NCBI GenBank assembly: GCA_023205875.1
Contig: CP060771.1
Span: 124,001 to 188,000, forward strand
From: Chloropicon primus
Taxonomy: Eukaryota
DNA length: 64,000 nt
Direction: 5' to 3'
Positions within the stretch are counted from its first letter, which is position 1, and the number at the start of each line of letters is the position of its first letter. The notes beneath the pieces are model-generated. The model was not told where the DNA came from and did not search any database. It was given only the letters and a program-made list of their open reading frames with translations. The position numbers were made by a program, and so were the translations under genes. Below are positions 45,045-56,596 of this stretch, piece after piece.

Positions 45045-47993
45045 TCAAACAGCTATCGCAGTCTCAGTTACTCTTGCCCTCCTCACCAAGTCTCGGGTGT
45101 AATCCAAGAGCTGCCTCTGTTTCACGAATGGATCTCTTTGACTCTGCGTGAACTTGCTGTTGTCCTCCGCGCTGGTGGTGCAAATGAGCCTCACGCTGCC
45201 GTTGCTCCTGCCGGTGACGTTCTTTGCCCCCAAGTCCACATCGATTTCCATCCTCCGCCGGTGGAAGGGGAGGCTGGTGCTGTGCCACTTGGGCATCTTC
45301 TTCTCCTTGTCGCCCTCCCCAGCCTTCTTGGCCCTCATGATCGCAAACGAGGACTGGATCTTAGTCTTCGCGCCTTGCTTCCACCTGTTTTGAGGCGTGT
45401 ACATAGCTGGGTCAAGAAGCTTGCCGCTGGGGGGAGAGCCGGAAGCAAGGCCTTGGGACCCACTGCTGTTGATCTTGTCCCGGACGCTGAACTGCCTTGA
45501 TCCCCCATCAAGCGGGCTCTTCAGCTTCTTGCCCACCTTCGGGGTCTTCTTGCCCGACCGTCTGCCCTTGCCCGACCGGCTCCCGGCGGAGGAGACGCTG
45601 GGCACGGGCGTCAGGGGCGTCATGGTCGCGGTGCGGCTACCAAGCCTTCTCATGGTGGTCATGGCCGTCATGGACTCGCTCGCCTTCTCGTTCGCATTCG
45701 AGTACGTCTTATTCACCTTCTTGAGGGACTTGCTCGGCCTCAAGATGCTGAACTGGGCCGCAGACTTTTGGCGAACTTGGATGATGTTATCGATCCTCGA
45801 CTTCTGCCACTTGATCTGGCTGCTGTGCAGGGCCTTGAACTTGCCCTGCACTTCTGGGCTCAGCGCACCGGGGATGTCAGCGTTCTGCAAGTAGTAGACT
45901 TTGGCCGTGGACATGGACTTGATCGTGAACGCTTCGGGAAAGTTGCTGATGGCGGAGAGACCAAAGATCTCTCCCTCCCCCCTCAGCGCCACCTCCATGA
46001 AGTGCCCCGGCCGCTCCGGATCGGGGGCAATGACCTTGAAGGCCCCCTTGGCAATGATAAAGAGTCCCTCCGAGACGGACCCCACAGTCAAGACGGGGAC
46101 GTTGATCGGGATGTGCATGACTTGCAAGAAGTAAGACAGCTTGGTGAGCTCCACGATAGGCAGCTTTCCAACCAAGGACACTTTCGACAGGAATTCCAAG
46201 TTCTCCTTCAGCTTCTCCGCTTCGACTGCTTTGATGATCCTATCGTAGTCCTCCTTCTCGAGAACCATGAGCTCGGTCGGCTCCACCGAGATCACAGTCG
46301 CGTTACGGGGCTCACCCTTCAGCAAGGCCGTCTCACCGAAAGACGCCCCGATGGAGAGCACCCTGATGCATGAGCCGTAGTACTGCTCCACCGTCAGCCT
46401 CTCCCTTCTCGCTTCCCCGGCTTCTCGATGCCTCTGCAGCTCCTCGTTGCTAATCTGGTGAATGCCAACGCTGCCGCTGATGATGATGTAGAACGCATCT
46501 CCCGGGTCACCTTGCTGCACCACGATCTCATCCGCCCCGAGTTTCAGGCACTTGGTCACCTTGACGACTTCAAGCTGCTGCTTTCTTTGCAGGGTCGAGA
46601 AGAACTTGAAGGTCTCCATCATCCCCACGAGCTCCTTGAGGTCCTCTTCCGTCCTGTCTTCACTCGACTTGTAAAGCAACCTCGTCATCTTTTCAGGCTG
46701 AATGAACAGAGACATGCTTGCGCCTAACTTTCCGATCACATTCTTGCACTGGTCCCTCGTCAGGATCATCAAGTAGGTCTCCTCCCTGCAGATGGCCGTC
46801 TCCTGCCTCTTGTCCAGGGAGAGCAAAGCGCTCTCGCCGAAAAAGTCCCCGGCGTGCAAACTGGTCTGGCACGGCCCGTACACGTCCTCAATGTTCAGAG
46901 CCGTGGACTCTCCCGTACTCGGGCTCACGCTTTTGCTGTAGCTACCCGATTGCTCTCCCGGCTTCAGCAGGGACGACCTTCTCTCCTTTTTCTCGAGCTT
47001 CTTCGTGTCGAAGCTCTTCCCCGGGCTCCCCCCCTTTCTGTCCTTGGCGCTGGCCCAAGAGTGCACCGAGACCGAACCCTTGAGCACGATGTAGCAGCAA
47101 CTCTTGCCGTGAATCTCGTCTCCCTGAGCAAATATGATTCCGGACTCCGTGTACTTCTTCAGTCGAAGCATGTGGCAAAGCTGCTCCACGGCCTCCACTG
47201 GGAGCTGCTGGAAGAACGTGTGCCTCTTCGTGACCTGCACCAGCGCCTGGATGTCCTTAGCCGTTCTCTTCGACTCGGGTGCCGTCAGTATGGCAAAGTA
47301 ATTCTCTGCAAGATGCTGGATGTTCAGCGTCCGCTTCAGCACCGAGTCATAAACTTTTTTGTTGATCACGAGCAAAGTTGTCTCTTCCGCGAGCCCAATC
47401 ACCGTCGCCTGCCTTTGATTGTTCAAGTCCGCCAGAGCAAGCTCCCCAAAGCAGTGGCCCTCCTCCATCACGTTCACCACTAGCCCGTACTGCCCAAACA
47501 TCTTGGGACTGAGCGCTTCGTAGTTGCTCTCCGTCTTGATGATCTCCAAAGGCTTCTGTTGGTACACAGCCAGCTCTCCCGAGAGGATGCAGTAAAAGTT
47601 CTCTCCCTCCTCCTCCTCCTCGAACAAGACTTGCTCCCGGTCCACCGTCTGCCTATCGGCGTGCTCCAGCAAGTAATTGCAAGTGTGCTCCGGCAACTGC
47701 TGGAAGAGCCTGACCTTCTTGATCTGCTTCAGGGCCTCTGCCGTGTCCTTGGCGCTCGTGAAGCCCGTCTCCTGCAACGTTCCGAGCGCGAGACTTTGCC
47801 TGCTCCTTTGCGTTATGTTGTTCATATTTACCGCAGACACTCGGCGATTCACAAGACTTTTGCTTGCGAAGGGGCCGCCTATCGAGCTCGGGCCTCCTTT
47901 GGAGAACGAACCTCCTCGAGAGAACGAGCCCCTCGAGCCAAGGAAGGTTCCCTCCAGGTGACTGAGCGAGTTGCGAGTTGGAAAGTTATCCAT
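45045..47993 (-). CDS. Protein with four tandem cyclic-nucleotide-binding domains and a disordered basic tail
   Basis: FGELAL..RQATV, FFGESAL..RQETA, FGETAL..PRNATV, degenerate fourth GEIFGL; no kinase or channel domain. Confidence 0.9.
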   Translation of the reverse strand: MDNFPTRNSLSHLEGTFLGSRGSFSRGGSFSKGGPSSIGGPFASKSLVNRRVSAVNMNNITQRSRQSLALGTLQETGFTSAKDTAEALKQIKKVRLFQQLPEHTCNYLLEHADRQTVDREQVLFEEEEEGENFYCILSGELAVYQQKPLEIIKTESNYEALSPKMFGQYGLVVNVMEEGHCFGELALADLNNQRQATVIGLAEETTLLVINKKVYDSVLKRTLNIQHLAENYFAILTAPESKRTAKDIQALVQVTKRHTFFQQLPVEAVEQLCHMLRLKKYTESGIIFAQGDEIHGKSCCYIVLKGSVSVHSWASAKDRKGGSPGKSFDTKKLEKKERRSSLLKPGEQSGSYSKSVSPSTGESTALNIEDVYGPCQTSLHAGDFFGESALLSLDKRQETAICREETYLMILTRDQCKNVIGKLGASMSLFIQPEKMTRLLYKSSEDRTEEDLKELVGMMETFKFFSTLQRKQQLEVVKVTKCLKLGADEIVVQQGDPGDAFYIIISGSVGIHQISNEELQRHREAGEARRERLTVEQYYGSCIRVLSIGASFGETALLKGEPRNATVISVEPTELMVLEKEDYDRIIKAVEAEKLKENLEFLSKVSLVGKLPIVELTKLSYFLQVMHIPINVPVLTVGSVSEGLFIIAKGAFKVIAPDPERPGHFMEVALRGEGEIFGLSAISNFPEAFTIKSMSTAKVYYLQNADIPGALSPEVQGKFKALHSSQIKWQKSRIDNIIQVRQKSAAQFSILRPSKSLKKVNKTYSNANEKASESMTAMTTMRRLGSRTATMTPLTPVPSVSSAGSRSGKGRRSGKKTPKVGKKLKSPLDGGSRQFSVRDKINSSGSQGLASGSPPSGKLLDPAMYTPQNRWKQGAKTKIQSSFAIMRAKKAGEGDKEKKMPKWHSTSLPFHRRRMEIDVDLGAKNVTGRSNGSVRLICTTSAEDNSKFTQSQRDPFVKQRQLLDYTRDLVRRARVTETAIAV

Positions 47994-48939
47994 ATTGTTT
48001 GCAGCAGTCCTCCTGCTGGTTCCTCCTCAACCTTCTTCTTCTTCTTCTACTGCTGCGTGCAAAGCCTACGAAAGTTTTGCAGACAAGCCGGTCAACACAC
48101 TTCAGCACCTCCACCTCCACCTCCTGCCTTGTCTCTGTCTCTGCAGAGAATGCTTTGAAGAATGCAGTTGCTCACCACTCCAGGAGCCCTTGAGCTGGGT
48201 TCCAAGGTGAAGTCTTTGCTCAAGCTTGACACCCTTGCTGGCCTCTCTGCCACTTGGGCCACTAGCTCCACCCTTGCACCTCCCTCTCCGGCACCGAAGC
48301 CACCAGTAACAAGCACAAGGATAGGCTGAAGACAGGACCACCTTGGACCAAAGTCAGTTTTTCCAGCACTCCTTCCTCAATACCGAGCCAAACTTCACAA
48401 GCGACTGGTCTTTGGAAAGACGAAGACTTGTTACTTGAAGCCCTGGCCTCCTTTTGAGCCCCAGTACCGGTTCTGTGGCGCTCTTCCTCGCGTTTGACCT
48501 TACCTTTGGCTCACTTGTTGTCGACCAAGATGATGTCCAACCGTTCCCGAGTCAATAGTCAAATTAAGAAGGAAAATCCACTTGGGCGAAAAAGGCAGGA
48601 TCTTGAGAGGAAGGAAGGAGGGGGAAGAGGGGTACATCGAAAAGAGTTCCATCCGTTATCATCCATCATCGTTGGGTTCGTTCGTTCCTCGCTTCCTTCC
48701 TTCCTTCCTTCCTTTGGCTGGTTCATCGATTCATTGATTCATTTTGGTTGCTTGCTCGGTGCGTAGAGAAAGAGAAGGATCCACAAGAAGAGGAGAAGAG
48801 GGACAGCATCGCCGGAGCAGAGGAGGAAAGTCCTTTCCTTCCGGCCCTCTTTCCTGGCTGGGCGATCAAATGCCCTCGAGGCATGGCGGTCGTGGTGGTG
48901 TCTTGTGATGTAATACAGGAGGGGGTAGGAGGAAGGACA

Positions 48940-50558
48940 TTAATTTTCGCATCCGAGGTGGCTCAGGATCCTTGGAACGAAACGAGCTGGCCACGCTGGC
49001 CACAGGAGCACGTTCTCTGGCATCTCTTCGCTCGTAAGCAAGAAGCGCTTTGTGGTGAAAAGGAACGAAAACCGAGTCAGCAGGCAAAGCACGGGGAAAA
49101 GGGAAGGGGGAAGAGAGCTTACCTTAAGCATGGCTCCCCCGTCTTCGGCTGCCCACTTGGCTAAGCTATCCCTGTCCCTGTGTTGGGTGCCACCCAGGGA
49201 CGTCGTTGTCGCCAGGACCATGGCAGTCCTCTCGCCCACCCCCTCGATCTTCATGAATTCCTGTGCCGCCTTCTCCTGTGGAGACAAAATCTGCGAGAAA
49301 GACAATGTTAGCTCCTCAGCGCTCGTTCCAAATCCACCTGTCGCGATTCCGTTCACTCACCTCGTTCCAAGCCCTGCTGCCCTCCAGCGCCGCTTGCAAC
49401 TCACTCTCGCTGTACATCTGCGCGATGGCCGCCTGCGTGGTTGGGTCTGAGAACCCAAAGTGCAGTGGGCCACTAATCCTTGTGCCAAGTCTCTTGTGCA
49501 GGCACACTGGGGGCGAGGAAAGGGGGAACGGAGTCAGTTCTGCGCTGGAATCCATTTGATCGAGTGGGCAGCACCTTACCTTTGGTCCAAGGCTTCGTGG
49601 GAGACTCGCCCCTGAACACGAGGTTCGTCTCCTCTTCCCTAACGGCAAAGGTTGGACCGTATTCGCCTGCGAAGAAGAAAAGAGATGAAAGTCATGGGGC
49701 AGAGTCAGCAACGTGGGGGCCAGAGCAACGCCGTGGCCACGTACCCGCCTCAATCCACATAGTGTATAGTTTGTTGAAGTGCCACTTCGTTGCCTGAAAA
49801 GAAAAGAAAAGAAAAGAGAAAGAGAGTTCAAGAGTCGAGTCAGTGCACAACAGACGGCGCGGCGCTGGGCTCGGATCCTCACCTTATATCCAACGGGATA
49901 AGCATGGTGAAAAAGGCAACCGGTGTTTGACCAGTACTTGTTCTTCCACTGCCCTCTGTGGATTTTCCCCAGGTCCAACACGCTAGCGCACCGCGTACGA
50001 GGGAGAAGAGAAGAGAAGAGAAGAGAAGAGAAGAGAAGAGAAAGTGAAACCATCAGGAAAGCGCGCCCAAACAATTGCAACCCGTCTAACTTACGTCACA
50101 CCAATGCTCTTGAGAGTGAAGGGAGCTCTGATCTCATGCTTGCAGAGCACAAGCTGTGCCCTCGTTCTCCCCCTTCCCGCACTGCTTGCTCCTTCCTCTT
50201 CCCCCCTCCTCTCCTCCTTCCCCTCCTTCGATTCAACCACCGCTTCAGGCTTCTCCCCTCGAAGCCTCTTGGACAATCTCGTGGGAGAGAGCATGGACGA
50301 GGCGGCTCCTCCGCCGCTAGGCCTCTGCTTCCTTCGCTTCGGCTTCCTCCTCCTCGGTGGACCACTGAACAAGGCAGCAGCGTAGCTCGCCTTCGTTTGG
50401 CTTTCCACTCGACCGAGCGGAACATCCCTCGCCACAGCCGAAAGCACGGATGACGGAGAGCTCAAACCAAGCCTCACGAGCTTGCTCCTGTTCGCCTTCA
50501 CTCGCTGCTCTCTCTCGCTCTCGTAGTCCGTCCTCGTCTCTGTCATCTTCATCTTCAT
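48940..50558 (-). CDS. FYRN/FYRC-domain nuclear protein with HhH-like motif, about 7 exons
   Basis: Spliced: DYESEREQRVKAN..., VLDLGKI...AYPVGYK, GPTFAV..FRGESPTKPW, ISGPLHFGFSDP, IEGVGERTA; exon boundaries approximate. Confidence 0.8.
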
Positions 50559-50765
50559 CTTCAACGTGTTGTTGATGATCACCACGAAACACGAAAGATG
50601 GACGCAATGACGTCGAGTGAGGTGTCTACGGAAAGATCGTGAGACGGAGTATCCTCTGAACTTGGTCTCAGCAACGTTCTCGCGCTCGACTCGCGTCCTC
50701 CGCGTCTTCAAAGGTCGCGCGCCCTCGACGGTTACCTTTGGATTGGCGCGGGAAAAATTGAATCG

Positions 50766-51274
50766 ATGGTGCTGGTGCTGGTGGATAGTGGATGATGATG
50801 ATGATGAGGGGCGGGCAGTGATGGCATGGATAGTGGATGCCGAGGAGGAGGAGGAGAGGGGAAGAGGGGTATTGATGGATGGATGCATTGTCGCTTGCTC
50901 TTTCCAAAGAGCCCTCGCTTGCAAGGATTGGCGTGGAGGAAGGGCACTGATGGTGCTGGTGCTGGTGGATAGTGGATGATGATGATGATGAGGGGCGGGC
51001 AGTGATGGTGATAGTGGATGCCGAGGAGGAGGAGGAGGAGACGGGAAGAGGTGGGGTATTGATGGATGAATGCATTGTCTCTTGCTCTTTCCAAAGAGCC
51101 CTCGCTTGCAAGGATTGGCGTGGAGGAAGGGCACTGATGGTGCTGGTGCTGGTGGATAGTGGATGATGATGAGGAGGAGGAGGAGGAGGAGGAGACGGGA
51201 AGAGTTGGGGTATTGATGGATGGATGCATTGTCTCTTGCTCTTTCCAAAGAGCCCTCGCTTGCAAGGATTGGCG
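50766..51274. repeat. Tandem repeat, ~3 units with 184/187-bp offsets; third unit internally deleted
   Basis: atggtgctggtgctggtggatagtggatgat at 50766, 50950 and 51137. Confidence 0.95.
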
Positions 51275-51457
51275 GTGATCTTTCCAAGAAGGAAGACAAC
51301 AACAGAGGATGATGAGGGGGTTGGAGAGCAGACGCAAGGGGCATACATGGCGATGGCGCTTCAAACGGTGCTACTTACATGGTGGTCCGGGGAAGTTACG
51401 ATTGACCCCCGTCACTACTTGTTATACAACTCGCACTAGACTCTAGTGTGCGCACTC

Positions 51458-52190
51458 TCAGGATTTGTCGACGTCGTTCTGTCGGTTCGTAAGGGCTTTC
51501 CAGAACTCCTTTCTGAACTTGCTGCTCGTGAGAACAAGGACGGGCCAAAGGAGAGAGAACATGACCCTGTTCTTCACTTCTGGCTTGAAGGTCGTCCTCG
51601 AGAAGGATGAGTAAAACCTTGCGCCGAAAGCAAGCCACGCTGCAAGGGGGAGGAAAAGAGCCGACGAGGAGCCAAAGTTGGGGCCGAGCCTGCCCACGCT
51701 TTCGTACGCCCCCCCCTCCCCCCCGGGCCCGTAGACGGTGATCGACTCGGAGTAGTAGCTCTTCCTGGACCCGCCGTCTTGTGAAAGCGAAAGGCAAACA
51801 AGCTTCACCGTCAGTTCACCCACACCAAAAAAAAATCAGCCGGAGAGCTACTGGGTTCCCTCCCCTCCCCTTACCTTTGAGCTTCTCCTCCGTTCTGTTC
51901 TCTCGCCTGTAGGTCCGTCCGGCGCCTCTGCTTTGCGTCAGTTGCCTCTCAAGCTCGTCCTGCATCCTCTCCGACTCCCGAAACATGTCGTCCATCCGCC
52001 TGTCAAAGTCGTTCAAACCTCTGCCGAAGGGTGAAGCCGCCGAGTCCTCGAACAAAGCCTCAAAGTCTGACCGTCCCGAGGACGACGACAAGGCGCAGGT
52101 GATGTTGCCCAGCCTCTTCCCGATGACCGCCGCCGCTCTGCTTCTCGAGGCGATCCCCTTGAACCTCAGGAGGAGACCCTTCGACGGCAT
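51458..52190 (-). CDS. Probable plastid-targeted membrane protein, two exons (intron ~51874-51780)
   Basis: Transit-like N-terminus and GTAAG donor; C-terminus FSRTTF..NRVMFSLLWPVLVLTSSKFRKEFWKAL. Confidence 0.65.
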
Positions 52191-53142
52191 CCTTTCTTTG
52201 CTTCGAGTGAGACCTCGCTGGAAGCATCAAGGGACGAGGGTTCGACCTGAGATCCTCATCACCAACGCCTCCAACCCTCTTGCTGTGGCAAGGAAAGCAG
52301 ATTCCGTTTCAGTCTCTCAAATCGACGCCATTTCATTCCAGCGAGGGTTCTTTCGAAAGATCAAGAGATGAGGAAGCCATCAATGCTTCCTCCTCTTCCC
52401 CTCGTGCTTATTGTCTTCTCTCACTCTCCTGTTTCGTTAGCATCCATGGGAAGCAAAAACCAGAACAGAATCACGTCTCCTCTTCACTCCTCTCCACCTC
52501 ATCTTCGTCCGAGCGTCATCCCTTTCGAGTGAGGGCTCTTTCGAAAGATCAAGAGATGAGGAAGCCATCGACGATTCCTCCTCTTCCCCTCGTCGTCCAC
52601 CTTGCGCCTTACCTCGTTCTCTTCCACCCTCTCTCTCGCCCTCTGGAGCTGAAAAAGGATTCGTGGCTAAGAGACGACGACGACGACGACGACGAGGAGG
52701 AGGAGCCATCGGCATCGACGAGAACGAGAGCGTCGCCGCGGACCCCACGATCCATATCCTTATCCATATCGTTATCCATAACTTGATTCCGCTTCGCAAC
52801 GGAAGAAGGATCCTTCGTTCGTGTGCCTGGAAAAGCAAACGACCAAGCTTGAGCCATTCATTGATTCATTGATTGATTGATTGATTGGATTGCGATTGCG
52901 ATTGCGATTTGCGATTGGAGCAACGGAGGAGGAGGGGAGAGAACAATCGTGACGCGGTGCATCGGCAGGTTGGAGATCTTATCCACGGGGCAAGGAAGTC
53001 GTCCGGTCGACAAGTTGTTAGGAAGACGAGACGAGACGGTTTCGCTGTTGGTGCCAGCCAGAACAGAGCAGAGCAGAGCAGAGCAGAGAGTTTCAATCGT
53101 ATCGAGTGTGTTGGTGGTCTTGTTTGGTGACAGATAGTGGAG

Positions 53143-54060
53143 ATGAATGGCGGTGGAGGCAACTCGGTGGTGGACGGCGTCGTGGTGAAGCCGAGCGTTG
53201 AGGGAGTGGAGGACTATGCCGTGAAGATTGAGAGTCTCCAGTTCAAGTTTCCTGGCAGGGAGGAGCCCATCATATCGAACTTCAGCTTGAAGCTGCCCCA
53301 CGGAAGCCGTTGCATCCTGGTCGGGGAGAATGGAGCGGGGAAGACGACCCTGCTTCAGCTGATAGCTGGCCAGTACATGGTGGACAGGAACACGATACGG
53401 ATTTTGGGAAGGCCGGCGTTCCACGACACGTCGTTGCTCTGCTCCGGGGACATGTCTTACCTCGGAACGGCCTGGAGGAGGGACATCGCGTTCGCTGGGT
53501 ACGGCGTGAGCCTTCAGGGCGACTTCTCCGCGGGGCAGATGATCCGCGGGGTGAAGGGCGTCGACCCGGAGAGGAGGGAGAAGCTGATAAAGCTGCTTGG
53601 GATCGACGAGTCGTGGCGCATGATGCGCGTCTCCGACGGTCAGAGGAGGAGGGTCCAGATCTGCCTCGGGCTCCTCAAGCCTTACAAGGTGCTGCTGCTG
53701 GACGAGATCACGGTGGACCTGGACATCGTCGGCCGCCTGGCCCTCCTGGAGTTCCTGGAGGAGGAGTGCGAGCAGAGAAAGTGCACCATCATTTACGCCA
53801 CCCACATCTTCGACGGCATCGAGCCTTGGTTCACGCACTTTGCTTACCTGGAGAACGGCGAGCTGAAGAGGGGCGGGGAGGCCTCGACCTTCACCGAGCT
53901 CAAGGACAGGAAGCTCCTGCACGTGATCGAGGACTGGCTGAGGAAGATCCGGGACGAGAGGAGGAAGAACAAGGTCAAGAACCCTGACGTCAGGTCGAGG
54001 CCGTCCGCCACCAAGATGAACCTGGCGTTCGGCAACAGGCACATGGCCTTCTACAGGTGA
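53143..54060 (+). CDS. Soluble ABC ATPase, ABCI19-21/CAF16-like
   Basis: GENGAGKTT, VSDGQRRRVQI, LLLDEITVDLD, YATHIFDG; no TM domain. Confidence 0.93.
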   Translation: MNGGGGNSVVDGVVVKPSVEGVEDYAVKIESLQFKFPGREEPIISNFSLKLPHGSRCILVGENGAGKTTLLQLIAGQYMVDRNTIRILGRPAFHDTSLLCSGDMSYLGTAWRRDIAFAGYGVSLQGDFSAGQMIRGVKGVDPERREKLIKLLGIDESWRMMRVSDGQRRRVQICLGLLKPYKVLLLDEITVDLDIVGRLALLEFLEEECEQRKCTIIYATHIFDGIEPWFTHFAYLENGELKRGGEASTFTELKDRKLLHVIEDWLRKIRDERRKNKVKNPDVRSRPSATKMNLAFGNRHMAFYR

Positions 54061-54231
54061 TCAAAGAAGAAAGAAAGGGATGTTGAACATGGTCTTCCTT
54101 TGCGTGATTCATGGGCACGCACCAAAAAAAATTAAAGATTTCAAAGTCGATTTATTATATTCCAAACTTACTCGGGTGGGGTCCTTGTCTCTCTCTCTCT
54201 CTCCCCTCCGCCGCCCCGCCTCTTCTTCCTC

Positions 54232-55629
54232 CTAGTTGTTTTCCCTCAACACCTTGACGACGCTCTTGAAGGCGAACCACTCGGGGATGTCCTCGCCGGC
54301 CCTGAGCATCTGCCTGAACTTGGTTCCGGACAGCTTCTTGATGCTCAGGCCCTTGTCGGAGGCGACGTCGGCGGTGACGTAACCCTCCTCCTCGGTGTAC
54401 ACGATGTTCAGGCTGGGCACCGTCTTGACGCCGAGCTCCTCGGACATCTCCTTGGCGAGGTCCTGGGCGTCGTACGCGCCGTAAAAGTCCTCCCCGTCCA
54501 GGCAGGACTTGCTTCCGGCCATGTCCCTGCCGATGATGAAGTGGGTGCACCCGTAGTTCTTCCTGATGATCATGTGCTGGATGGCCTCCCTTGGGCCGGC
54601 CATGTGCATGCTGTAGGGGAGGTAAGCCCAGTTGACCTTTGGGTCGGCGGTCTCCTCCTTGAGGACCTCGTAGGTCCTGTACCTCACGACGCCTGGGATG
54701 TCATCGTCCTGGGTCGGGCCGCAGGTGGGGTGGACCAGGACGACTCCGTCCCCTCCCACGTTGTCGGCGTCCAGGGCCCTGGTGAACAGCTCGTAGTGGG
54801 CCTTGTGGACGGGGTTCCTGCACTGGAAGGCCACGACGTCGACGTTCGCGGGGAGCATGGCCCTGACCTCGGCGGGGGTCTTGCAGGGGAACACCCTGGT
54901 GGGCTTCTCGAGCCCGAAGATCTTTCCTCCCATGTAGGTGCCTCCCCTCTCCATGGAGATCATCTGCACGCCGGGGTGCTCCAGGGAAGAGGTCCCGTAG
55001 CACTGCTTGGCCTCGAGGGGCTTGTTCGGCTTGTACGTGGACTCGATCTCCATCACGGCGAGGTCCTGGCCGTTGTACGTCAGGAGGACCTTCATTCCAG
55101 GGGCGAGGGAGGCGTCGTCGGTGTCCATGACGACGGGGAGGCCGAAGAGGAGCCCGCTGGGGAGCCTCATGGTCTCCACGACCGACTTGTACTCTTCCTC
55201 GTTCATGAAGCCGTCGAGGGGGGAGAACCCGCCGACCATCAGGAGCTCCACGTCGCAAGCGTTCCTGTCGCTCAGCTCGATAGTCCTTCCCTCGCACGCC
55301 GCGACCAAGGCCTTCCTCTCCGCCTCGTCCGTGACCATCAGGTCGGAGAGCTTGCCCCCGTGAGGCGCGGCTTTACCCTCCACCACCGAGGCGGCGTCCG
55401 CGGAGATCGCCGCGTGGGCCACCATCCTGCTGGCCTGCATGCTCAAGCTCCTGGAGGAGGAGCTCCTGGAGCAGGAGGAGACGTTGAGCTTGAGGTGCTG
55501 CTGGGTCTGCAGGGTCCTGATGGAGGCGTTGGCCGTCCTGGTGGCCGACGAGTGTCCCAGCCTCAAACTTCTTCTGGGGGTGGTGCTCAGGGTCTGCCTG
55601 ATCGCCGCCTTGGTCGACGTCACGTCCAT
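54232..55629 (-). CDS. ATS: Plastid ATP sulfurylase (sulfate adenylyltransferase)
   Basis: PHGG, GGFSPLDGFM, VVAFQCRNPVHKAH, MHMAGPREA, GRDMAG, LSGTKFR; transit peptide from MDVTSTK. Confidence 0.96.
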   Translation of the reverse strand: MDVTSTKAAIRQTLSTTPRRSLRLGHSSATRTANASIRTLQTQQHLKLNVSSCSRSSSSRSLSMQASRMVAHAAISADAASVVEGKAAPHGGKLSDLMVTDEAERKALVAACEGRTIELSDRNACDVELLMVGGFSPLDGFMNEEEYKSVVETMRLPSGLLFGLPVVMDTDDASLAPGMKVLLTYNGQDLAVMEIESTYKPNKPLEAKQCYGTSSLEHPGVQMISMERGGTYMGGKIFGLEKPTRVFPCKTPAEVRAMLPANVDVVAFQCRNPVHKAHYELFTRALDADNVGGDGVVLVHPTCGPTQDDDIPGVVRYRTYEVLKEETADPKVNWAYLPYSMHMAGPREAIQHMIIRKNYGCTHFIIGRDMAGSKSCLDGEDFYGAYDAQDLAKEMSEELGVKTVPSLNIVYTEEEGYVTADVASDKGLSIKKLSGTKFRQMLRAGEDIPEWFAFKSVVKVLRENN

Positions 55630-56039
55630 AATACTCTCGCTTGCTGTCTGTCTGTAGAAGAAGGAGACCAATAACCTAGAAATAGTAGTCGTGGAGGAGT
55701 ACCTGCTGGTGATGGTGGTTGATGATGATGAATGAAGATGTGGTGAAGATGAGGATGAGGTGGTGGTCTGGTTGTTATTATTATCGTTCGTCACGGTAGA
55801 ATGATGGATGGTGTTGCGTGAGGGAGAAAACGTCAGGACAACAAAAATACCATCAACAGCCCCCATGAAGGGAGGACGAGGAAAGGAGGGAAAGGAGGAA
55901 AGGAGGAAGGAGGAAGGAACACCCGTCCTCTCTTGCATTGCAAACCTGCTGCTGGTGCTCCTGCTGCTGCTGCTCACAGGTGGCGGTGAGGGGATGGTTC
56001 TCGTCGTCGTCGTCGTCGTCGTCACGGGGTTCGCCTTAC

Positions 56040-56080
<41 letters not shown>

Positions 56081-56188
56081 GTGGTTTTCTCGCCGCCTCT
56101 CCACCTCTCGATTTTCCGATCAGGAACGTCTTCGGAAGAAAAAAGGCGGCGAGTCTCCGCCACAGATTTCAAGATTTGAGGATGAGGT

Positions 56189-56248
56189 TTTTAGGGTTTT
56201 AGGTTTTTAGGGTTTTAGGGTTTTAGGGTTTTAGGGGTTTAGGGGTTT
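56189..56248 (+). repeat. Interstitial telomere-like tract, ~7 x TTTTAGGG
   Basis: Strict 8-nt periodicity with two variant units (TTTTAGGT, GTTTAGGG). Confidence 0.93.
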
Positions 56249-56566
56249 CCCCCGTGTCCCCCGCTCAGCAAGCAGCAAAACGCCCTCCCGCAACGCCAGG
56301 AGTTCTTTAAGATTGATGTGCAACTGTCTTTTTGCCTTCACGAAAGCCCCTGCTACCACCTCGTCCGGTTTTCCCGCCCTTCCTTCGATGACCACCCCCC
56401 ATCCCGAATCTGAAGCATCAGTCCACAGCACGAAGGGGGGCAATCTCGGAGACGCAAAGGTTCGGACAAAGTCTTCGTCCAAGCAGTCCAACCGTTCAAC
56501 AATGCGTCGCAGAGACGACAATGCCGACGATTCTCGCGCCAGCAACATGGATTGCCTTGGCTCACC
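56249..56566 (-). mobile_element. RNase H fragment of a DIRS/Ngaro-like (tyrosine-recombinase) retrotransposon, truncated
   Basis: LWTDASDSGWGVV...G.F....LHINLKELLAL; no RT, Gag or recombinase nearby. Confidence 0.8.
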
Positions 56567-56596
56567 TTACCTCTCCCTTTCATCATCCCTCCCCCC

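Noticed and set aside
51371..51440. CTACTTACATGG resembling the U1 snRNA 5' end
   Set aside because: Two mismatches; no U1 loop II (ATTGCAC) or Sm site follows.
55630..56172. Extended N-terminal ORF of ATP sulfurylase (and of CDC48, 4916-5202)
   Set aside because: Microsatellite-rich leader or intron sequence that is open by chance.
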